64,000 nt of DNA from Nitrosopumilus sp. Lineage in GTDB: Archaea > Thermoproteota > Nitrososphaeria > Nitrososphaerales > Nitrosopumilaceae. Location of the stretch: the NCBI GenBank assembly GCA_965218695.1, contig OZ244651.1, positions 1,856,001-1,920,000 on the forward strand. Reading direction: 5' to 3'. This document shows positions 57,785-64,000 of the stretch, piece after piece. The position numbers and the translations under genes are program-made. Within the stretch, counting starts at the first letter, position 1; each line of letters starts with the position of its first letter. The notes beneath the pieces were generated by a model. That model was not told the DNA's origin. It saw only the letters and a program-made list of their open reading frames with translations, and made no database searches.

Positions 57785-60700
57785 ACTAGTTGCGGCGGCT
57801 TATCCTTTTGCGGACCGTGTGGACTGCCAGGATTGGTCCTGCCACGTATACTCCTCCAATGGCTGCAATCGAGAGCATGCCAAAGACCAGTATCGAGACT
57901 TCAGAGCCTGGGTCTGCAAACGTCATGATGTTCATGGTGTACAGTCCCGGCGTGATTAATGCCAGTACGGCATCCCTGAATAGCGGGTTCTCCCTTTCAA
58001 GGTCTGCTATTGCAGGCGAGAAGGAGTAGTATACCTGGTTGAATCCTGTCATGAACGACGTTCCGGATGCAGTGGAGAGCAGTGCGTTGTCCCTGATTTC
58101 ACGGAGGAGCTGTACCTGTGGTGCAAGCTCACTGCCGTACGCTGCAGTCGCAATCAGGCATCCGCCGGTGCCATCTGGCTCAACTGGCTCAACTGGCTTC
58201 TCTTCCATGGCAAGCTCGACTGAGTCGGTCAGGGTAAAGTACACGCCGAGTTGTTTCCACTGGCCGTCTGAAACCGTCCACACGTCATAGTTTACCTGGG
58301 CCAGATCACCATACTCGTTGAGTTTTGTAGAGCCAAGTGCGCCCATGTGTTCTGCTGCCACCTCTGGGAATACCGCAGTCAGCTGGGTGACGTCGGTGCT
58401 TTGTATGCGCTCCATGGAGAGACCCAAGAGCCAGATTGCATCATACGCAGAACTTGCATACGTCTTGGGGGTCCTGCCAATGGCCTCCTCGACTGCCTCC
58501 TCGACCTGCTTGCTGATATCGTTCTTGCCTGACGCTACCTGGAGCGTCGTAAACTCGGTGGTGGTGGCAAATTCTAACGTGATTGGGTCGTCTATGATGA
58601 CGGTATCCTTGGTGACGGCATCGGCACCGAACCACTTGACATCATCAAGGATGTCATGGGATGCTGCGGACTGGAATAGAATCTGTGTCTCGCCGAATCC
58701 AAAGCTTGCAACGCCCACCTTGTCTGCGCCATGCTCGTCTACGTATCCCTGTACTATCTCTGCCAGAACGGATGCCTCGCTTGAAAAGTCGCTGGCCTCG
58801 GGGTTGTATGGTATTCCCTCATGGACTGTTCCTCCTACGGCAGAGAATGCATCACGTATGGCACGCTCCAGTCCCACGCCCCATGCCTCGTCCCTCCATA
58901 TGGGAACGATCACGTCGATTCCCGCATCTTGGAGAAGGCGGACCAGCGCGACTGCCTGGTTGGAGTCGTCAGGGGCCAGTCTGAATATGCTGTCGCCCCC
59001 GATTGCAAGGAGCGGCGATGTGGAGGAGGGGCTGATTATCATCATGTTGTTAGAGTCGACATACCCCTTGATGCTCTGGATGTTGCCGCTGGACTGCGGG
59101 CCTATCACATGCTGGATGCCCTTGGCATTGAGGACCTGTACCTTTTCCAGCGTCACTGTAGACTTGGTCTGGGAGTACTCAGATACTACCGAGAGTGACC
59201 AGCCTGCGTCCTTGTCTGCCAGATATTGGTTAAAGTGGTCCACTGCAAGCTCGTATCCGATCTTGTTCTCCTCTCCGGATCTGGCCAGCTTGCCCGTGAG
59301 CGGTATGATTGAGCCGATCTCGATCTCACCGGACAGTTTCTCCTCCATTGCATCCATGGCAGCAGGCACGATAGAGTTGCTATCGGCATCATAAGTTCCA
59401 AGGAACGTCCACTCCTCATTTGCGATTGCCCATATGTCATAGTTTGCCTGTGCAAGATCCCCCGCATCATTCAGGCTGAGGGATCCAAGTGCGCCCGTAC
59501 GCTCTGCTGCAACCTGCGGGATTGCATCGGTCAGAACGTCTACATCCGTACTCTGGGTCTCCTCCATTGCAAGGCCCAGCAGCCATACTGCGTCATATGA
59601 TGCGCTTGCGTAGGATGTCGGTGTAGTTCCAAGTACCGCCTCTACGGACTTGTCCACATGTGTGCTTAGATCATTTAGCCCTGAGGCCACCACTACGGAG
59701 GTAAAGTTAACGTTGGTTGCGAATTCCAGTGCGAGCGGATCATCGACGATTTTCTGACTCTTTGCGGTTGCGTCCGTACCAAACCATCCAACTGTGCTTA
59801 GTATGTCATGGGCCTGTGCCGACTGGAAGAAGGACGCCCCCTCTTCAAATCCAATGTATGCCACGCCCACATTCCCTACGCCATTCTCATCTACATATCC
59901 CTGTACTATCTCTGCCAGAACGGATGCCTCGCTTGAAAAGTCGCTTGCCTCAGGGTTGTATCCGAATCCGGCGTCGACTGTACCTCCAATTGCCGGGAAG
60001 GATTCGTTAAGTGCGTCCTTCAGTCCAACACCCCACGAGTCTTCCCTCCATACTGGAACCAACACGTCGATTCCGTTCATTTTCAGAAGCTCTACTATTG
60101 CAACTGCCTGATTGGTGTCATCAGGTGCCAGCCTGAATATGCTGTCCTCCCCAATGGCAAGCAGTGGCGACGTGGAACAGCAGCTGATAACCAGCATGTT
60201 GTTGGAGTCAACGTATCCCTTTACGCTCTGCAGGGAACCACTGGTTTCAGGTCCTATTACGTGCAGAATGCCTTTGGCACGAAGTGACTGTATCTTCTCA
60301 AAGGCCACGGTCGGAAGCGTCTGTGAGTCTTCTGATACCAGTAAGAACGACCATCCTGCGTCCTTTTCTGCAAGGTATGCGTTAAAGTCATCTATTGCAA
60401 TCTGTTGTGCAAGGTTATGCTGAACCCCATAGGTAGCAAGATCACCACTGATTGGGACGATTGCGCCTATCCGAATATCGCCTGAGAGTTCTGCAGATGC
60501 AGATTGAGAAAATGCACCCATTCCCAACATACTGATCGCAACGAGTGCAACAATTGTGTGTAATTGGAATTTCACTGTAAATTTTCAAATATATAGGATT
60601 AATAAGAATTTCTAACACATCAACGTATTATGTTGTACAAAAAGTATTACATCCCTAGCATGAGACTCATAACCAGAGTGGGCAGACTCATAACGGATAT

Positions 60701-61546
60701 TTTTCACTGCATGACATTTCATATAAAATCTCTGAAAAATACTGTCATCCCGTCACTTGTGGGAAATTGTGGGTTAGCCAGTGGAGGCGCTCCAAGGTAT
60801 GACACCACATAGGAAGACGTAGAGTGGAAGTAATGAAAAACTGGATCAGACAAAAGTAGAATGGAGCATCATGAAGAAGCACAAGAATGCACACAACTGA
60901 GTAGCAGAAAGCATGAGATATCAGGTAGCCGAGTTCAAAATCTGCAGAAGAGGGGCAAGGCCAAGACAGCATTCTTGCCTCCATGAGCAGATCCAGAAAG
61001 TGTCCATCCGGACGCTAGGAGCACCCGAAGGTTCTTTCCGCCTACCATATCTGTGCTAATTCATCCTCGGACTTGTCCTGTCTTGCCACTCCACTTGTGT
61101 TGTCCGGTAGAAGAACACCGCCAAGAGGCACTGACAGTCAATCATAATGAATTTTGGAGAAGAAACTAGTTGCGGCGGCTTATCCTTTTGCGGACCGTGT
61201 GGACTGCCAGGATTGGTCCTGCCACGTATACTCCTCCAATGGCTGCAATCGAGAGCATGCCAAAGACCAGTATCGAGACTTCAGAGCCTGGGTCTGCAAA
61301 CGTCATGATGTTCATGGTGTACAGTCCCGGCGTGATTAATGCCAGTACGGCATCCCTGAATAGCGGGTTCTCCCTTTCAAGGTCTGCTATTGCAGGCGAG
61401 AAGGAGTAGTATACCTGGTTGAATCCTGTCATGAACGACGTTCCGGATGCAGTGGAGAGCAGTGTGTTGTCCCTGATTTCACGGAGGAACTGTACCTGTG
61501 GCGCAAGCTCACTGCCGTATGTGGCAGTCGCAATCAGGCATCCGCC
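57785..61546. repeat. ~380-bp near-identical direct repeat (57785-58166 and 61165-61546) encoding the CFI-box anchors
   Basis: About 300 bp identical and roughly 6 mismatches overall by manual comparison. Confidence 0.92.
57786..60575 (-). CDS. Tandem LivK/LivJ-type (type 1 PBP) substrate-binding surface protein, modules A-B, CFI-box-CTERM anchor
   Basis: Signal peptide, two ~380-aa IG.I.P.SG...VIGP..S modules, then GGCLIATAAYGSELAPQVQ.LRE.RD..YYSFSP and a TM helix. Confidence 0.88.
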   Translation of the reverse strand: MKFQLHTIVALVAISMLGMGAFSQSASAELSGDIRIGAIVPISGDLATYGVQHNLAQQIAIDDFNAYLAEKDAGWSFLLVSEDSQTLPTVAFEKIQSLRAKGILHVIGPETSGSLQSVKGYVDSNNMLVISCCSTSPLLAIGEDSIFRLAPDDTNQAVAIVELLKMNGIDVLVPVWREDSWGVGLKDALNESFPAIGGTVDAGFGYNPEASDFSSEASVLAEIVQGYVDENGVGNVGVAYIGFEEGASFFQSAQAHDILSTVGWFGTDATAKSQKIVDDPLALEFATNVNFTSVVVASGLNDLSTHVDKSVEAVLGTTPTSYASASYDAVWLLGLAMEETQSTDVDVLTDAIPQVAAERTGALGSLSLNDAGDLAQANYDIWAIANEEWTFLGTYDADSNSIVPAAMDAMEEKLSGEIEIGSIIPLTGKLARSGEENKIGYELAVDHFNQYLADKDAGWSLSVVSEYSQTKSTVTLEKVQVLNAKGIQHVIGPQSSGNIQSIKGYVDSNNMMIISPSSTSPLLAIGGDSIFRLAPDDSNQAVALVRLLQDAGIDVIVPIWRDEAWGVGLERAIRDAFSAVGGTVHEGIPYNPEASDFSSEASVLAEIVQGYVDEHGADKVGVASFGFGETQILFQSAASHDILDDVKWFGADAVTKDTVIIDDPITLEFATTTEFTTLQVASGKNDISKQVEEAVEEAIGRTPKTYASSAYDAIWLLGLSMERIQSTDVTQLTAVFPEVAAEHMGALGSTKLNEYGDLAQVNYDVWTVSDGQWKQLGVYFTLTDSVELAMEEKPVEPVEPDGTGGCLIATAAYGSELAPQVQLLREIRDNALLSTASGTSFMTGFNQVYYSFSPAIADLERENPLFRDAVLALITPGLYTMNIMTFADPGSEVSILVFGMLSIAAIGGVYVAGPILAVHTVRKRISRRN

Positions 61547-63988
61547 GTCGTCATCAGGAGGCACAACCTCTGGGGGCTCAGTCACATCTGGGGGCGTAAC
61601 CACTGGAGGAACTAATACCTGTATGATGGAGTTGCTGCCGGCGTCATAGGTTCCAAGGAACACCCATTCCTCGTTTACTATTGCCCATATGTCATAGTTT
61701 GCCTGGGCAAGATCACCTGCCGCATTCAGTTTGTCTGATCCCAACGCGCCCATGCGCTCTGCTGCGACATCGGGAATCGCCTTGGTCAGTACATCAACAT
61801 CGGTACTCTGGGTTGCCTCCATTGCAAGTCCTAGAATCCAGACTGCGTCATATGAGGCGCTTGCATAGGCAGTAGGAGTGTTTCCAAGGGTTGCAGCGAC
61901 GGATTCATCCACATGCGTGCTGATGTCGTTCTGGCCAGAGGCCACCACTACGGCGGTAAACTCGGTGTTGGTTGAGAATTCCAAGGCAAGTGGATCCTCG
62001 ATGAATCTTGGATCCTTTGCGCTGGCATCTGCGCCAAACCATCTAATTTCGTTTAGTATCTCATGGCTCTGTGCCGACTGGAAGAACAGCACTGCCTCTC
62101 CGAATGCAATGTATACTACGCCCACATTCTCTGCGCCATTCTCATCAACATGTCCCTGCACTATGTCTGCCAGAATGGATGCCTCGGTTGAAAAGTCGCT
62201 TGCCTCAGGGTTGTAGCCGAATCCGTCGTCGACTGTTCCTCCCAGTGCGGGGACGGACTCACGAAGTGCGTCCTGTAGTCCCACGCCCCATGCGTCCTCC
62301 CTCCATATCGGAACGACTACATCAATTCCGTTGCTCTCTAGGAGTTTTGCTATTGCAACTGCCTGGTTGGTGTCGTCAGGGACTGTCCTGAAGATGCTGT
62401 CGCCCTCGATTGCAAGTAGCGGTGATGTGGAACAGCAGCTGATGACCAGTATGTTGTTGGAATCAACGTATCCCTTTACGTTCTGCAGGCTTCCGCTGGA
62501 CTCTGGCCCTATCACGTGCTGGATGCCCCTTGCATGAAGAGCCTGCATCTTTTCAAGTGCTACGGTTGGAAGTGTCTGAGAGTCCTCAGTGGTTAGTGAG
62601 AGTGACCAAGATGCTCCCTTGTCCTCAAGGTATGCGTTAAAGTCGGCTATTGCAATCTGATGGGCAGCGTTATTCTCTGCTCCAAAGTTGGAAAGATCAC
62701 CGCTGATTGGGGCGATTGCGCCGATCTCGATCTCGCCGGACAGCTTTTCTTCCATCATCACGTCTGGCATGGCCTCAAGTTCGACTGAGTCGGTCAGGGC
62801 AAAGTACACGCCGAGCTGCTTCCACTGGCCGTCTGAAACCGTCCATACGTCATAGTTTACCTGGGCCAGGTCTCCGTGCTCGTTGAGTTCTGTAGAGCCA
62901 AGTGCGCCCATGTGCTCTGCTGCCACCTCTGGGAATACCGCAGTCAGCTGGGTGACGTCGGTGCTTTGTATGCGCTCCATGGAGAGACCCAAGAGCCAGA
63001 TTGCATCATACGCAGAACTTGCATACGTCCTGGGGGTCCTGCCAATGGCCTCCTCGACTGCCTCCTCGACGAGCTTGCTCTGGGCGTTCTTGCCTGACGC
63101 TACCTGGAGCGTCGTGAATTCGGTGGTGGTGGCAAATTCTAACGTGATTGGGTCGTCTATGATGACGGTATCCTTGGTGACGGCATCGGCACCGAACCAC
63201 TTGACATCATCAAGGATGTCATGGGATGCTGCGGACTGGAATAGAATCTGTGTCTCGCCGAATCCAAAGCTTGCGACGGCGACCTTGTCTGCGCCATGCT
63301 CGTCTACGTATCCCTGTACTATCTCTGCCAGAACGGACGCCTCGCTTGAAAAGTCGCTGGCCTCTGGGCTGTATGGTATTCCCTCATGGACTGTTCCTCC
63401 TACGGCGGGGAATGCATCACGTATGGCACGCTCCAGTCCCACGCCCCATGCCTCGTCCCTCCATATGGGAACGATCACGTCGATTCCCGCGTCCTGGAGG
63501 AGGCGGACCAGCGCGACTGCCTGGTTGGAGTCGTCAGGGGCCAGTCGGAATATGCTGTCACCCCCGGTTGCAAGTAGCGGCGATGTGGAGGAGGGGCTGA
63601 TTATCATTATGTTGTTAGCGTCGACATACCCCTTGATGTTCTGGATGTTGCCGCTGGACTGCGGGCCTATCACGTGCTGGATGCCCTTGGCATAGAGTCC
63701 CTGCACCTTTTCAAGCGTCACTGTGGGCTGGGTCTGGGAGTCCTCGGAGACTACCGAGAGTGACCAGCCTGCGTCCTTGTCTGCAAGGTACTGGTTAAAG
63801 TGTTCCACTGCAAGCTCGTATCCGATCTTGTTCTCCTCTCCGGATCTGGCCAGCTTGCCCGTGAGCGGTATGATTGAGCCGATCTCGATCTCGCCGGAGA
63901 GCTGGGCAGATGCGGATTGAGAAAATGCACTCATCCCTAACATGCTGATCACAGCGACTACGATAATTGCGTGTAACTGTAGTTTCAC
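61166..63988 (-). CDS. Tandem LivK/LivJ-type substrate-binding surface protein, modules B-A, CFI-box-CTERM anchor
   Basis: Same building blocks as 57786-60575 in swapped order, with a Pro-rich linker. Confidence 0.88.
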   Translation of the reverse strand: MKLQLHAIIVVAVISMLGMSAFSQSASAQLSGEIEIGSIIPLTGKLARSGEENKIGYELAVEHFNQYLADKDAGWSLSVVSEDSQTQPTVTLEKVQGLYAKGIQHVIGPQSSGNIQNIKGYVDANNIMIISPSSTSPLLATGGDSIFRLAPDDSNQAVALVRLLQDAGIDVIVPIWRDEAWGVGLERAIRDAFPAVGGTVHEGIPYSPEASDFSSEASVLAEIVQGYVDEHGADKVAVASFGFGETQILFQSAASHDILDDVKWFGADAVTKDTVIIDDPITLEFATTTEFTTLQVASGKNAQSKLVEEAVEEAIGRTPRTYASSAYDAIWLLGLSMERIQSTDVTQLTAVFPEVAAEHMGALGSTELNEHGDLAQVNYDVWTVSDGQWKQLGVYFALTDSVELEAMPDVMMEEKLSGEIEIGAIAPISGDLSNFGAENNAAHQIAIADFNAYLEDKGASWSLSLTTEDSQTLPTVALEKMQALHARGIQHVIGPESSGSLQNVKGYVDSNNILVISCCSTSPLLAIEGDSIFRTVPDDTNQAVAIAKLLESNGIDVVVPIWREDAWGVGLQDALRESVPALGGTVDDGFGYNPEASDFSTEASILADIVQGHVDENGAENVGVVYIAFGEAVLFFQSAQSHEILNEIRWFGADASAKDPRFIEDPLALEFSTNTEFTAVVVASGQNDISTHVDESVAATLGNTPTAYASASYDAVWILGLAMEATQSTDVDVLTKAIPDVAAERMGALGSDKLNAAGDLAQANYDIWAIVNEEWVFLGTYDAGSNSIIQVLVPPVVTPPDVTEPPEVVPPDDDGGCLIATATYGSELAPQVQFLREIRDNTLLSTASGTSFMTGFNQVYYSFSPAIADLERENPLFRDAVLALITPGLYTMNIMTFADPGSEVSILVFGMLSIAAIGGVYVAGPILAVHTVRKRISRRN

Positions 63989-64000
63989 TATAGATTGTCA

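Noticed and set aside
60600-61160. Spacer between the binding-protein genes (AGACTCATAAC twice; short ORFs)
   Set aside because: The 11-bp repeat and ORFs are too weak to assign; possibly decayed sequence
57786-63988. Near-identical repeats as DGR template/variable repeats or a shufflon
   Set aside because: No reverse transcriptase or site-specific recombinase in the window. The repeats are direct and both coding, and the mismatches are not obviously adenine-specific.

Overview
Archaeal chromosomal window, almost certainly from an ammonia-oxidising Nitrososphaerota (Thaumarchaeota, Nitrosopumilaceae-like) genome. Markers are GatDE, aCPSF1, proteasome beta, EgsA, tetraether synthase Tes, archaeal CoA genes, and PEFG-CTERM and CFI-box-CTERM surface proteins. 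The GC-rich codon use, IS load and expanded LivK-like binding proteins suggest a host-associated (e.g. sponge) lineage; this is inference. Layout: a glycan-biosynthesis cluster (1-7.7 kb); housekeeping genes with SRP RNA; an IS hot-spot (17.4-27.4 kb) with four complete IS elements whose inverted repeats and target duplications can be read, one of which splits a PEFG-CTERM gene; a C/D-box sRNA that appears to guide tRNA-Leu(CAA) wobble methylation; then a long core block. The most striking structure is at the end: two tandem substrate-binding surface protein genes built from the same two modules in opposite order (A-B vs B-A), with near-identical anchors and signs of gene conversion. An unexplained GC-rich structured element lies upstream of rpl2. 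All identities and mismatch counts were made by eye; no searches were run.
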